64,000 nt of DNA from Magallana gigas (GCF_963853765.1 NC_088860.1:19406001-19470000); one strand, 5' to 3'. Shown: positions 25,337 to 38,938, counted from the stretch's first letter. Notes: generated from the letters alone by a model not told the origin. Translations and numbers: made by a program.

Positions 25337-28300
25337 TCATCCAGATCTTTCTTTTACCACAATTTTGTAATCAGATGGCAGTTCTACACCAAATCCCTGC
25401 ATATGATACTCTAAATTGGGCTTCACGCCCTCTGGGAGACTTATTTCAAATCGTTTTAGAAGATTGGCACACATCAGTAGGATCTCTGGTTTGGCTAACG
25501 TTTCTCCCAAACAAACTCGGCGTCCGGCTGAGAATGGAAGCCAACTTTCCGGTTTTATAGGTTTCATTTTGCCGTTTTCATCAAGAAAGCGATGTGGGTC
25601 AAATTGCTCTGGGTCCTTCCATTGTTTAGGGTCATGGTGAAGTGCCCAGAAGTTAATTAATACAGTAGTGCCTTTTGGTACATCGTATCCCCCTGAATCA
25701 GTAGATAAAATATTTTAAAACGTGTTTCAAATTCTCAAAATATTGTGATAAAGTTAAAAAATTGTCAAATGAAACGCCCATTATATGAGAAAAAATTTCC
25801 TCTTTTCTGAAGATTCCTGGTTTCAAAATATTCAAATGTTGATTATGAAGAAACAGGTAAGCTCGCATAATTGATCAAAATGTTTTCAGATTTTAATTAA
25901 TTGAATAAATAAAGTAAATCAAATAATAGAATTTCAATGTGAAAGGTTAATTTATTCTCACCAATTTGTGAATCACAGATTGTCATGTGTGGGACCCCTA
26001 GACCAAGAACATTTGAAAGTCGCATCGATTCAAATAGACAGGCCTCAGTATAATCCAATTTGCTTCTATCCTTCATCGAGGGCTGATGGGGACCTGTAAA
26101 TGATTCCAAAGGTAATTTATATTTTTCTTTAGCATAATGGTACTAAAATCTGCTAACAAGCTTAAGACCTTTTTCTCTTGGTTTGTCAAACTCATGTTAT
26201 GATTTTTTCTTTACAAACTAAAGTTGGACGATTTCTATATCGTAATTTGCTGAGTCACTTTATTCACAAGATAGTCACACAAGGAAAGCAGAGAGTTAGT
26301 TTCATAATGAAGAGTATCAAAAATGCTGAAAAATATCCAGTCTTCCAAAAAATCACAAGAAATTGAGTTTATGCCTCTCAGTTAATTTGATACGCAAGGA
26401 CATTCTCTATACGAACAGTTTCTAAGGCGGGGCAAGCTACTGACAAACACGTTGATAAAACAGGACCACTATCAGCAGTATCTGATGAAGTCATCTTTTC
26501 GTACGTTCTGTGGTCGATACAACGACCTTGTCAATCGAATATAATCTTTCACTAGGTCGTTTGCTGATTTTTCATACTTATTGTTAGACCATAATTAATC
26601 ACCTAATTTCCCGATTACAACAAAGAACATACGGCAGGTGTGACTGGTCATCAGAGGATGCTCAATCCTCCATGGCACTTTATCCTACCTCTAACTCTAT
26701 TTAGAGGTCTGTTATCTCTGCTCCTGTTTTGTATTTTTTCTTTTGGACTTTTGACTTTTAACACTGTTCGTTATCACCACATGTCATGATATATAATTTA
26801 TACAATATCTTGAAAATTGTTAATAAACTTATTAATATCACTGAAATGCAATCAAGACACCCATTCAATCTTTTACATTGGGTATATTTGATATGGATTA
26901 ATTACCAACAACTCTGTCAATTTCCTCCTGACATTTTTCTTGGAATTCTGGAAATCGTGTCATGAAATAAATGAACCAGTCCATTGTGAAACGAGTTGTA
27001 TCAACCCCCGCTATAGAAAAAAAGGAAATAATTATTCCAATATTCATGTAATACTTCCATATATACATTGTATATTTTTCAGTAAAATTTAAACATAGCC
27101 AAATGGTGTTAATTTTTTTTATGATAGAAGCAAACTAAGACACAATAAAATAGTAGTTCATGTATTGTATATATGAATATTTAAAGACTAACAAAAGACG
27201 AGTAAAGATATTTCAATTCAGAAGCGGATCATTATTTTGTGCAAACTATGCTTAAATTAAGTTCAAAACTTGTTGTTTGCAGAGATGTTGCTTTCTTTCC
27301 AACACATTATTTTACTGTCATTCAAACTTACAGAAAATTTTATACCAAAATGCCTATTCTAACCCTTCTTCTCTCCGACAACAATTTCCTAAATCACTAT
27401 TTATCTTTCACCTGTCTAACAAACCTGACGAAATGGTTGGAATATTTTCTTTTTATATATAGGGTAAAAAACACTAAAACAACGAACCAAAGAAAATATC
27501 AGAAATTGTCTGGACCAGGTGCGTATCATCCAAGATCTCCAGGACCGCCTCATCGCCCTCATCCTTCGCTTCCTGTTTGGCGATAAGCATGCTGTCTATA
27601 AAGTCCCTGTTTACTCCTGAAATTGATAGTGAAATCTCAATGCAGATTTTCGTGCGAACGGACAAATAAATATATTTTCATTTATAGCAAATGGAAGTGA
27701 ATTCTATTTATTTTTTAAATACTAGATGATATCCCGCGCAAGCGCGGGGAATAACAATTTACATACTAATTCAATTTTTATGTTGAAACAAATTATTTTG
27801 TTAATTTTCGGATATACTGCGTCCTTTTTAAAAACTGTTCTAGCCTATTTTTTAAAATTGGAATTTAAAATCAGATGGCTTGATATTAAGAGGAGGGATT
27901 GGGATGAAAATCAAAACTGAAAATAATTCCTTCCTTCCCAGATACAACTTATCCGTTTTTATTCTTGCATGATTTATTCATACAGACGTAGAGTTGTCAA
28001 CACAATCTGTTCTTAGTTTACAATTTTTAACAAAATATTTAAAGTTAACTTCCAATTCCGCCAGTCGCGTAAAAATAAATGAAATCTAAATACACGAGTG
28101 CATGCATGTTTATTGGTATACTTTAAACGTTCTGTGTTATCCCGTCCTGAGAAGTTCTTAATTATTAAAACTATTAAAACTAAAATCATACATTGAAGAA
28201 ACGAATTGGCTCATTACATTTATTCAACACCCGTCTTACATGTATCTTAATTTCTAAGTAAATCGTATATAGTGTATATTTTGATGCAAACTCTTACTGA

Positions 28301-31199
28301 CTTAGATCCGCCAAAGCGTGTCCACCACCTTACTCACATTTTTTTTGTATTTCGGGTTGATTTGTTGCAAATAAAAGTATTTTTTTTTAAAATTAATTCC
28401 CCACTTTTACTTATCATGTAAACGGAAATAATCTCGCACGTGTTGAAATATCAAAAAGGACCTTTCATTTTTTTAAGGGGGGGGGGTTAAAAATTTGGGG
28501 GTTTTGGGAGGGTTAGGGACTTTTTTTTAGGGATTAGGGAGGGTAGAGACTTATGATTTATCACCTGGTTGGAAGGTTTCCTTATGTTCTTTGAATTTTT
28601 TCCGGAGAATGTTCAGCACTTCTTCTGATAGCACAAGAAATACCTTCCATTTTGCCGTCGTAAAGATGTTTTTCAGATAGGGAAATATGTCTTCAAAAAA
28701 ACCGGCACCAAATTTCTCCGACAAATCATTGTCTAATTTTATAAACTCTTTCACTTCCGGGTCATCTACAGGACGTCTTATGAAAATAAAGAGTATATAC
28801 TTAATAATTAAAATGTATTTTAATATATTCAAAGTAAAGATTTTTTTATCAAAATGAAAAGTCCCTAATGATTTAACGAAAGACATTTTCAGTATCTATC
28901 TTTTTGTAAAAGTTATACAAGTCAAACATTTATCTGGTTAAAACAGTCTTAATGACAGAAAGAAATATTTTGGCGAAGGACATTTTAAAAATGTGATAAT
29001 TTGTATTTTAAAAAAAAATCTTTGGCTATCTTAACCATATAAATCCGAAATAAAGTATGTTCTACAGAAGCAAGACTTATCTGTTACATTAAATAATTTT
29101 CATACTAACGTTGTCTTTCAACATTTGAAACATATTTTAATTATCGTATCTTGATCTTATCGTATCAAGATATGCATGTAAAAAGATTATAAGAAGTCCA
29201 GGGCCACATCGCCTTAACCTTAATCAAATAGGCATCACAGTAACAAAATCAAAATATCTTATTTATACAGTCACAGTAATCAGAGTTCTGAATATAATAG
29301 TTTTTCGCCAAAAGTATGATTTGAAAGTTTCATTTTTTCTGTTTGTATGGACGGAAAAGGATTCAGGAGTCTTACTTTTCTCCAAAACATATTGTGTACA
29401 GTTGATGAAAAACCATCAGATCCACATATTCTTTAAAAACGAATGGTCCTTTCTCTTCAGCCATTTTGTCCAAAAATTTATTCATATTGTCTTGAATCAT
29501 GTTTTCCAATAAATCCCCTTGAAGATAATGCCTAGAAATAGATTATAGTTATTAATTTAACATATTATTAATAAAACCAAAATGTGTTATCATTTTCAAG
29601 TCAATATTCATGGTATGAAAAAAGTACCGGTACAACTGACCTAAGGGCCTTTCCGGCTATTTTCCTATGGAATTTCCAGGAAGCTGAATAATTAGCCAAG
29701 GCTATATCCTTTCCTCCTTCTGTAAACATGTCACCTGAAATGACAGTTTTGATATTTGTTTTATGCTATTTACCGTCGCTTTAAGCATATAGAAATGATA
29801 ATAAATTTGAACACAATAACGCTTTCTTCTGACAATTTTGCTTTTCTATTATTTTTACAAAAACATGAAATGATTGTTGTGATTATCTTTAAATTATTAT
29901 ATATAATTTTAAATTTTCTAAAAAAAAATACATCAAGAGATAAATAAAATGCATTATATTTATGGGATATTAAAGTGTATAAATTGATAATAAAAATTAA
30001 AGTTTCTCAGGAAGACAACTTTTCCTCTGCTTTTTTTTTTTCAAATTACCCAACGTGCATACATATATGTCGTATAAATAAAATGCTATTCGTAAGTTAC
30101 AAAGGATATTTTTTAAAGTCAAAGCTAATAACACTGTGCTGGATAATTATGCCAGTGCCAAGGTGGCATTTTTGGATCCCCTTAAGATGCAGTTTCGGAA
30201 AAATTCTTATATGCCAAATGATAGACCATTGTCTAGAGAGTATATAACTACTTTTGTTTTCAGTGTGTTTTACCTGACAGGTGAAATATTTACCTTTAAA
30301 AACTCATATCCCATAGGAAATAATAATTCCCATAGGAGAAATGACTCTCCTACAGGAAATATTGACAATCCTATAGGATTTTCTACAAATCCTATGGTCT
30401 ATGATATGGTCTATCATATGGCATATTTGAATTTTTCGATGTATGCAGCTTAGACGGGTGCAAAAATACCACCTTGGCACTGGCATAATTATCCGGCACA
30501 GTGTTTAATCTTTAATGTATTGATTACTGTAAAAGAAAATCATTCATTAAAAAAACTCATTTTTCATTGCATGATACAGCTATCACGTGCCTGATGCAAA
30601 ATGTGGTCTTCCAGCGAAATCAGCTTTTCTCTTTACCATTGCTTCCAGCACAGAGTTGATGTCATTAAGAACAACCCAGGTTTGAGGACCTATTCAATAT
30701 AAATAAAATATGCATTTGTAATTTATTTTTTACATTCTTCTTTAAGTGAGTAAACTTACGTGTGTGCTTGGGATTGTGTATATGTTTGAATGTATGAAAT
30801 CATTGATACACACCAACAGACAGCCGGACTATAGGACCGTATTCCTTTGCAAGCTTTGCGATTTTTACGTGAATCTCAAGCGATGAATAAACTAAAAAAC
30901 AGGAAAGATAGTATTATGTTCTTAACGTTTCTATTGTATAAGATTAGAACGTGCTCAATTTTGTATAGAACTTTTAAAATAGTTACTAGTAACTTTATGC
31001 TATGTTTTATCAAGACAAACTTGCTACATGTATCTCTATATAAGGAATGAAATTATTTACTTTTATAGTGTCCAACTAGTGGGATACACCATGGTCCAGG
31101 TGGCAGACGATACCACATCCGTTTGATGACGTAGTACACAAAAAGACCAATGCTCATTCCCGCCAAAATGGTCTGGGTGTTCATGGACAACGTCAACAT
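25337..31199 (-). CDS. CYP356A1: Cytochrome P450, CYP356A / steroid 17-alpha-hydroxylase (CYP17A1)-like, copy 1, intact (499 aa)
   Basis: Minus-strand exons 31199-31061, 30891-30814, 30689-30591, 29734-29641, 29531-29376, 28776-28565, 27616-27488, 27010-26906, 26093-25962 and 25692-25337 total 1500 nt with no internal stop. Motifs: PPGP hinge, WxxxR (WKFHR), I-helix AGVDTT, K-helix ESMR, PERF-like DPHRF, heme FSAGRRVCLG. Intron 3 uses a GC donor. The symbol comes from recalled similarity to oyster CYP356A1 and should be read as '-like'. Confidence 0.92.
26385..26785 (+). mobile_element. Degenerate 3' fragment of a Penelope-like retroelement in CYP copy 1 intron 8
   Basis: The decayed frame SQLI*YAR..YEQF..RGKLLTNTLIKQ...KSSFRTFCGRYNDLV resembles the C-terminal part of PLE reverse transcriptases. 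The same insert is at ~53660-54090 in copy 3. Only its tail is in copy 2 (~42035-42120). Confidence 0.55.
30130..30505. mobile_element. MITE with ~60-bp TIRs in intron 3 of CYP copy 1
   Basis: AACACTGTGCTGGATAATTATGCCAGTGCCAAGGTGG is inverted at 30465-30505. An orthologous copy is at ~57347-57718 (copy 3) and a partial copy at ~21325-21480. It is not seen in copy 2. Confidence 0.75.
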
Positions 31200-32618
31200 G
31201 ATTGAATCTTTTATTCCTTTCTCTGTGTGTGTTATTCTATTATAGAAACAATCTTTTTTAGTAAGAAATACATGCATTTGTATAGAAGAGATTTAGCTTG
31301 ATACAAATACATATTGGTTTGCTAACACATTTTGATGCGTGCAATGGTGATTAATGTGACGTACGCTATAAGAAGGTAGTGTTGAAAATCCGACCATGAA
31401 AACAACTAGATTTTATAATATACAGTTGTTAGCAAATTTAATTAATTGAACATTCTTTGAAATTACATTTGATCATATGCACTTTTGAAACTTGATTTAG
31501 AAGTCATGAATTGATCATGCTCTTGTTTGCAAATTTTCACAATTCAGCTGGTTTCTCTGTTAGAACAACACATGGTTGGTCAAATTCATGACAAAATGTG
31601 TTACATCTAATGTTTAAAACCAAAGATTTCTAAACTTAATGAACACAAACGATTAGAAATCACAAAAACTCTATAAAATGAATAATGGGGCCTTTATTCA
31701 ACCTTGTGTATTTCAGAATTAACTGATGCCATAATTTTAATTTTAAGTTCTATTTGGAAATATATTTTTTTGAGAAAAAAAAATAACATAGCTAGCAGTA
31801 AATACGACAAATAGTGTAAGAATGTCTCTATATAACAATACCTATCAAACATTTAACTTTAAAATTTGCAATGTTTAGTTATAGTGTCGTAGAATGTAAA
31901 ACACTATCCATTACTTGTGATAATTCACATATCTAATTCCACTTCCTCTTGTATCTTTCTTAATTTTTTTTGTTTCAGTATAAAATTGCAAATTATTCGG
32001 CAGTGTAAGGGAAGAGTTTTACCCTGAGACATGTTAATGTTTGGTAAAGTTAATAACGTTAACTTCATTGTCATCTAATACAAATTAAGCACAATTTTAT
32101 GAGAAAATACTGAATTTATGAAAATTTTCTACTGATGAAAAATGAGAAAACGTTTTCTTTTTAAAATGACTAAAACCAGTAAAAAGAATAAATTGTACAA
32201 CATTTTCATCTAATATCAGTGAAATTGATATGGTATCACTTAGGACATCATTCAGTGAAGAAGGTGTCTTATACTATCCATGAGTCAACGATAAATGTAC
32301 GTATCCTATGCATATATTGTGTGGCAATTTCATTTATACAATCAACTAGAAGGAAAAGGACGAGCAATTTCCTGAATGAGGGAAGCCCTCCACAACAAAG
32401 CATATACAGTTATTTTTTTTATTATCCAAAATGGCTTCTGTACATAGTACCTGTACATGGAAACTCAAAAAGATAGCATATAGTTATAAGATATTTTCAG
32501 TTTTTCTGACCCAAAAAGGCTACCGTACAAAAGATAATCACAAAGCTAAACTACAGATTAAAAAGCATGCAGATTACATAACGCAGGTTCTCGGGAAATC
32601 GACGTACATTTTACCTAC

Positions 32619-32765
32619 CTTATCTCTGAATGCTACACTCGCTTTAAGTACCGTTTTCACAAGACTTCAATAAAACAGCTGAGAGTTGCTTTTATAGATT
32701 AGTGCATGCGCAGGATAAATCTAGTACACTGACCTCTTCTAGTTGAATATCTAGTACACCAACAG
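32619..32765 (-). promoter_or_regulatory. Putative promoter and non-coding first exon of CYP copy 1
   Basis: On the minus strand: AGGTCA (32735-32730), TGCGCATGCAC (32712-32702), CTATAAAAG TATA-like box (32697-32689), then a donor GATAAG|GTAGGT at 32619/32618. A matching acceptor lies just upstream of the ATG exon (~31237). The layout is conserved at copies 2 and 3. Confidence 0.65.
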
Positions 32766-34244
32766 TGTGTGTGTAATGACACCATGTAATAAGGAAAAAT
32801 TTCGTCGTTGCTTTGCACAAGCATAAAACAGGTGATCATGAAGACCAAATTTTTTGTTGATCGAAAAAAAAACCCAATTAGAATGATTAAGGATTTTTAA
32901 AAATATTTTTTTGAACGGAGGATTACGATCTTAATGATGCGCTAATATTTATTGTGTTATTCCTTAATTCATTGATGTTTGTAGAGTATATATTACGTTA
33001 TAAATGTGAATTTCCTAGTTTTTACCTCAGTTACACATTCACTAATTTATGTTTTAAAACCATTAAGAAACATATCCCCAGTCTGTGCAAAATTATGTTA
33101 AGTTAAATAAGCGTTGAATTTCTATATATTTCTGTATGTTAAAATTATTTCATAATGATAAATTCAAAGGATTGTTCTCTTTTTTCTTTTTTACAACAAT
33201 TAGATTTATCATAACCACTGTCATGATATATAAGTTCATTTGAAAATTTAATCTCTACTTTTCCCGAAATTTGTCAATAAAACAACATGTAGAGGTCTGT
33301 GAAACGATAAACTGTGTTAAAAAAATTCAGTTGATGAGTAGCATATGACAATTTTACGTGGACAGTCATGGACTTTCTTCTAATATTATAAAAATGCTTT
33401 AATAAATGATTCACATAGTTACTATCTTTACTGTGGTAAATATATGTGTCCATAATGACGTGATAATAGTGACATTGGTCCCCTTTTTCTCGTGTTCCAT
33501 GGTCATTATGTACCGGTTACGTAGAAAATGATGCAGTTTTCAAAAATCTTGTCCAGAACAACCTTGATTTTTGAATCAGATTTGCAATATTGATAGAAGA
33601 GGCCGAAAACCGACCAATGGTCGACTGTGGACAATCTCAAAAAACAATTGTTTGAAATCAAACCACTCTTATTTGATTCTCACTGCCTTTCACTAAAAAT
33701 AAATGTGCACCGGTGCCTCACCCATGTTTATGTGATGAAGTACCCCAAAGGTTTAGCAATCGTAATTATAGCTTTCCTGAATTAATAGCGTATATTTTGA
33801 TAATAAAGAAACTGGAGTTTTAATCAGTGCAAGCATCATAAAAAGTTCTTATTTCAAACCTAGCTGTATAGGCTTTTTTCATTCTTTGTATTCCTTGGCT
33901 TGCATTCCATGGATAAATCAATTATTATGAATTGCAAAATCCGACATTTCATATACAATAATGTGCACTGAGGATATTAATGGGCCATGCTATGGAAGTT
34001 CATTCGCGGCTGAATTTTATAAAAATCGTCGATCTCTTCGTAAAAAAAGAAAGTAATATTCCTTGCGCAGTATTTTGATAGACAACAAAAACGTGTTACC
34101 ATAAGTATTTTCTTTCACAATAGCTGTCAAGCGTGCTACATTTAAGTCATTGAAAAAGATTTCGATCATCGATCGGCTGTCTGCTCTTAATGGAAATCAA
34201 TACTTCATAGGCATTTTGTGACATATGTTCCACATATTATATGT

Positions 34245-34379
34245 NNNNNNNNNNNNNNNNNNNNNNNNNNNNNNNNNNNNNNNNNNNNNNNNNNNNNNNN
34301 NNNNNNNNNNNNNNNNNNNNNNNNNNNNNNNNNNNNNNNNNNNNNNNNNNNNNNNNNNNNNNNNNNNNNNNNNNNNNNN
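34245..34379. other. Assembly gap (135 N)
   Basis: A run of N. The paralogous sequence at ~63930 continues into a long (AT)n, so the contig probably broke at that microsatellite. Confidence 0.98.
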
Positions 34380-35118
34380 TCCACTCTCACAGGCATGTAT
34401 AAATGTAAAAATCTCTCTCTCTCATTTTTAAACTCAAGCCTCTATATAGCGCACGTGCTAGCATTCGACAAGGGACATTTTTGGAAAAACACTTGAGAGT
34501 ATACCACTTTCTCTTTTATTTAGGGCAAATAACAAGACAGTCGAATTTTGGGAAAAAGTTCAAAACATTATCTTACCTCATTGAATTCATTAGCATTTTA
34601 TTCAGTTTTCAACAATGAATATCTTCTTTCAGAGAAAATGAAATACAAATTGTATTCATTTTTTGTCAAATCGCTATAATAGTTGTACAATTTTTGAACA
34701 ACGATGGCCTTAATATTACTCTTTATTTCGTAATTTAAGTAAGTATGCTTTATTCAATGTTCCCTTGATGTTTTAAACAAGAAACAAGGAATAAGTTTTT
34801 GATTATTATGAGGTGATCATGTATGGATGGGGCTGATCAAATCCAATTAAGCCCGACGGACTCTATTTGCCCATAGGGCTTCACGCCCGCCTGTATTTGA
34901 TTACTTCATCCTTTTCACTTATATTTAAATGTTAAAAAAGTCACTAGAAAAATACATATGAATAATTTATGTATAGGGTAAAACTACCCATATTGCTTAG
35001 GTCTGATATAGACAATCTCTAAACCTTTATACATATATATTATATTGATTATAGGAATGTTCTATTTAGTATGAATTTTTTTTTACGTTGGACTAACAAT
35101 TTTATAACTAACATTCTG

Positions 35119-35408
35119 GGGCCCGTTTCACTAAAAGGTGTAAGAAACGACGAAACTTAAGTTAGGCCTTAGGGCGTACGCCATAATTTAGTCCGGCGTA
35201 AACTGCGTTTCACTAAGAGGCGTACGTCTGGCCGTAAACACTAGTATATCGGACTAAGTTAAGGCCAGACTTACGTCCTTGAAAACGAGCTTATGCACAT
35301 GCACAGACAGATGATAAACAGTAGAAAGGAAGATAAATATATAAATATATAGATAGATAGATATTCATTAGATAGATAAAACGATAGAAACTTGTCAATT
35401 GTGTTTGC

Positions 35409-35470
<62 letters not shown>

Positions 35471-38400
35471 CGTAAAGTATTCAGGCATATTAATCCTGTT
35501 AAGTGACAAAATCACACAGCAAAACTTGCTAAAATGTTTTATTTGAAAGATATATTTGATGAAGCATATAGGATATGTACATTCAAAATTATTAACTCAA
35601 CAGAAACTATTTTGTTATCGATATCTTCGGTGATTTCACCATGCATACTCCAAACACCCTTGGAATTTTCTTTTGATCATGCGTCAATTATGGCCCGAGT
35701 ATAAATATTTTTTAATTAAATTTTCTGGTTTCCTCTTGCTATATCATTGAAAGAAAATCGGTGAATTTGTTTAAAAATAGAAATATATAGCGAAGTAATG
35801 CAGTAATGAGCTTTTTAACCATGGATTGGACAATATTAAGCAAGCATCGATCGAAAACCATACAACAGATATTAAAAATAACGAAATTTTAATATTTCAT
35901 GCAAAAAAAAAACCCCGAAGAGGCTCGGATAAATATATTTATTACTTTCTTTTTAAGATTTGTGTTAATGTAAAATGTGGAGCAAAAATGACCTAGGAAA
36001 TAATTGATAAATTCCAAGTTTAATCTTTTTTACACAATTTGTTTCCGAAGTTAGTTTTTTTTCTAATTATTTAAGTGAAAGGGAACATACAAACCATAAG
36101 TGCTTGCACGTTTATTTGTAAATGTTTCACTAAAGTTATCAGATCCAAGGTACAAATGTATGTGTCAGACCTGTTGTGGACTCAAGTACACTTACATTTG
36201 TATTTAGTATATTAAACGAGGCTTCATATATATTTGAAGTTAATAAAGAGTAGGTGTATGTAGCCTACGAAATAAAATCTTTTTAATCTGGAGTCAGTGT
36301 TTTGCATCGGTTGTATGATAAATACATTATTTAATATTAAAAAAAAAAATAGGGACTTTTGACGACTCTAAAACATAGTTGGAGCTTTCATCATATTTTG
36401 ATATTTACATTTTAACAATACTTAAATATATCCCGCTCACACATATTTTGCGTGGAAGTTGGGGGGGGGGGGGGTGAAATGCTTAAAATGCTAGACATTT
36501 CTTATACAAATATACCTTTGTACTACATGTGCATCATGTATATATATTTTCTGCATTATTCATTGCCCAATTTACTAAAAAATATGAAACGTAAATCCAA
36601 TATTTGAATAAAAATAATCGAATGAAAACTATATATCGATTGTCTAAATATGTCATTTTAGCTTGTAAACGGCAAGTGCATATTTAAAAAGAATGTGCAT
36701 AAAACATGGTAAGAAAGTTTCTATTCGAGAATTGGTACCACCTATCAAAACTCTTTATTTTCTTAATTTCATATGAAATTAATAAAATTTACATGAGAAA
36801 TTGTTCAATTTAACATTACGGTCAGCATCGATATTCTCAGCAACAGAATGAGCAGTCAATTCCTGTTTACGCCATAAGTTACGACTACCCTTGGCCAGGC
36901 GTAGATTTTTGTCTTAACTTAAGGCGGGCGCAAAGTTACGCCTTTTAGTGAAACGGACCTTAGTCCAAATATTTGACTTAAGTCCGGACTTACAACAAGC
37001 GTAAGGTTACGCCGGGCGTACGCCTTTTAGTGAAACGGGCCCCAGGGACAAAAATCTACGCCTGGCCAAGGGTAGTCGTAAATTATGGCGTAAACAGGAA
37101 TTGACTTCTAATTCTGTTGCTGAGAATATCGGTGCTGACCGTAATGTTAAATTGTACAATTTGTCATGTAAATTTAATTAATTTCATATGAAATAAAGAA
37201 AATAAAGAGTTTTGATAGGTGGTACCTATTCTCGAATAGAAACTTTCCTACCATGTTTTATGCACATTCTTTATTTTTGCACTTGCCGTTTACATTTTAA
37301 AATGACATATTAGACAATCGATATATAGTTTTCATTCGATTATTTTCATTCAATAATTTTATTTACGTTTCATATTTTTTGAGTAAATTCGGCAATGAAT
37401 AATGCAGAAAATATACATACATGATGCACATGTAGTACAAAGGTATATTTGTATAAGAAATGTCTAGCATTACAAGCATTTCATCCCCCCTCCCCAACCC
37501 CCACGCAAAATATGTGTGAGCGGGATGTTTTGAAATTTAAAATTAACTAAGTGAATTATTGACTTTTATTTTACTCTTTTTTTATTTATTTTTTGGTGAG
37601 TAAACGGTGTTATCTTAGGAAGTTTAATCACAAAAGTATTTTCAGTATGGTTAAAATATAAATACCAAGTATGATGAAAGCTTCAACTGTGTTTTAGAGT
37701 CGTCAAAATTCCATTTTTTTTTTGAATATTAGATAATGTGTTAATCATACAACCGATGCAAACACCGACTCCAGATTAAATAGATTTTATTTCGTAGGTT
37801 ACATACACCTACTCTTTATTAACTTCAAAGTTATATGAAACCTCGTTCAATATGCTAAATACACATGTAAATGTACTGGGGTAGTTTATGTTGAGTCTAC
37901 AATACAATGTACGTCTGACACATACATTTGGATCTGATAACTTTGGTGAAACATTTACAAATAAACGTGCATGCACTTATGGTTTGTATTTACTTTTTCA
38001 CTAAAATAAATCGAAAAAAAAAAATAACTTCGGAAACAAATTGTATAAAAAAAAAAATTAGACTTGGAATTCATTAATAATTTCCAAGGTCATTTTTGGC
38101 TCCACATTTTACGTTGACACAAATCTTAATATGAAAGTAATGAATATATTTATATTATTCCGAGCCTCTGCGGGGTTTTTTTTTTCTTTTTTTTTTCTTT
38201 TCTTTTTTTCGTTTTTTTTGGCATGAAATATTGAAATTTCGTTATTTTTAGTATCTGTGATAGGTTGTTCGATGCTTGTTTGATATTGTCCAATCCATGG
38301 TTAAATAGCTCAATACTGCATTAATTCGCTATATTTTCTATTTTTAAACAAATTCACTGGGTTTTTTTCAATGATATAGCAGGAGTAAACCAGAAAATTT

Positions 38401-38938
38401 AGTAAAAAAATATTTATCCTTGGGCAACAATTGACGCATGATAAAAAGAAAAATTCCAAGGGTGTTCGAAGCATGGTTAAATCACCGTAGATATCGACAA
38501 CAAAAGATGTCTGTTGAGTTAATAATTTTTAATGAACATATCCTATATGCTTCATCAAATATATCTTTCAAATAAAACATTTTAGCAAGTTTTGCAGTGT
38601 GATTTTGTCACTTAACAGGATTAATATACTTAATTCTTTACGGCTCTCTCTCTCACGCAAGAACGATTGACAAGTCTCTATCTTTTTATCTATCTAAAGA
38701 ATATATATCTATTTATCTATCTATCTTTCTTTCTACTGTTTATCATCTGTCTGCGGATGTGCATAAGCTCGTTGTCAAGGACGCAAGTCTGGCCTTAACT
38801 TAGTCCGATATACTAGTGTTTACGGCCAGGCGTACGCCTCTTAGTGAAACGCAGTTTACGCCGGACTAAATTTTGGCGTACGCCCTAAGGCCTAACTTAA
38901 GTTTCGTCGTATCTTACGCCTTTTAGTGAAACGGGCCC
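35119..38938. mobile_element. Palindromic dimer of a non-autonomous PIF/Harbinger-like element
   Basis: Both outer ends read GGGCCCGTTTCACTAAAAGG inward and are flanked by CTG (35116-35118 and 38939-38941). Arms 35119-36913 and 37047-38938 are reverse complements. An internal TIR ends at 37042, followed by CAG. No transposase ORF is present. Confidence 0.85.
35411..35468 (+). repeat. (GA)n microsatellite inside the left arm of the Harbinger-like dimer
   Basis: About 29 GA units. The mirror position in the right arm (~38643-38655) has only a short (CT)n. Confidence 0.95.

Noticed and set aside
27239-27586. Plus-strand ORFs antisense to CYP exon 7 (also 54537-54896)
   Set aside because: They are shared only through the segmental duplication. 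They differ by in-frame-neutral drift and show no coding signature.
30136-30486. ORFs repeated at 21239, 30136, 30304, 57286 and 57313 (…RPLSREYITTFV…)
   Set aside because: They are shared only because they lie in copies of the same MITE. There are no splice-supported exons or recognisable domains.
34205-34496. ORFs spanning poly-X
   Set aside because: They are artefacts of translating the N gap.
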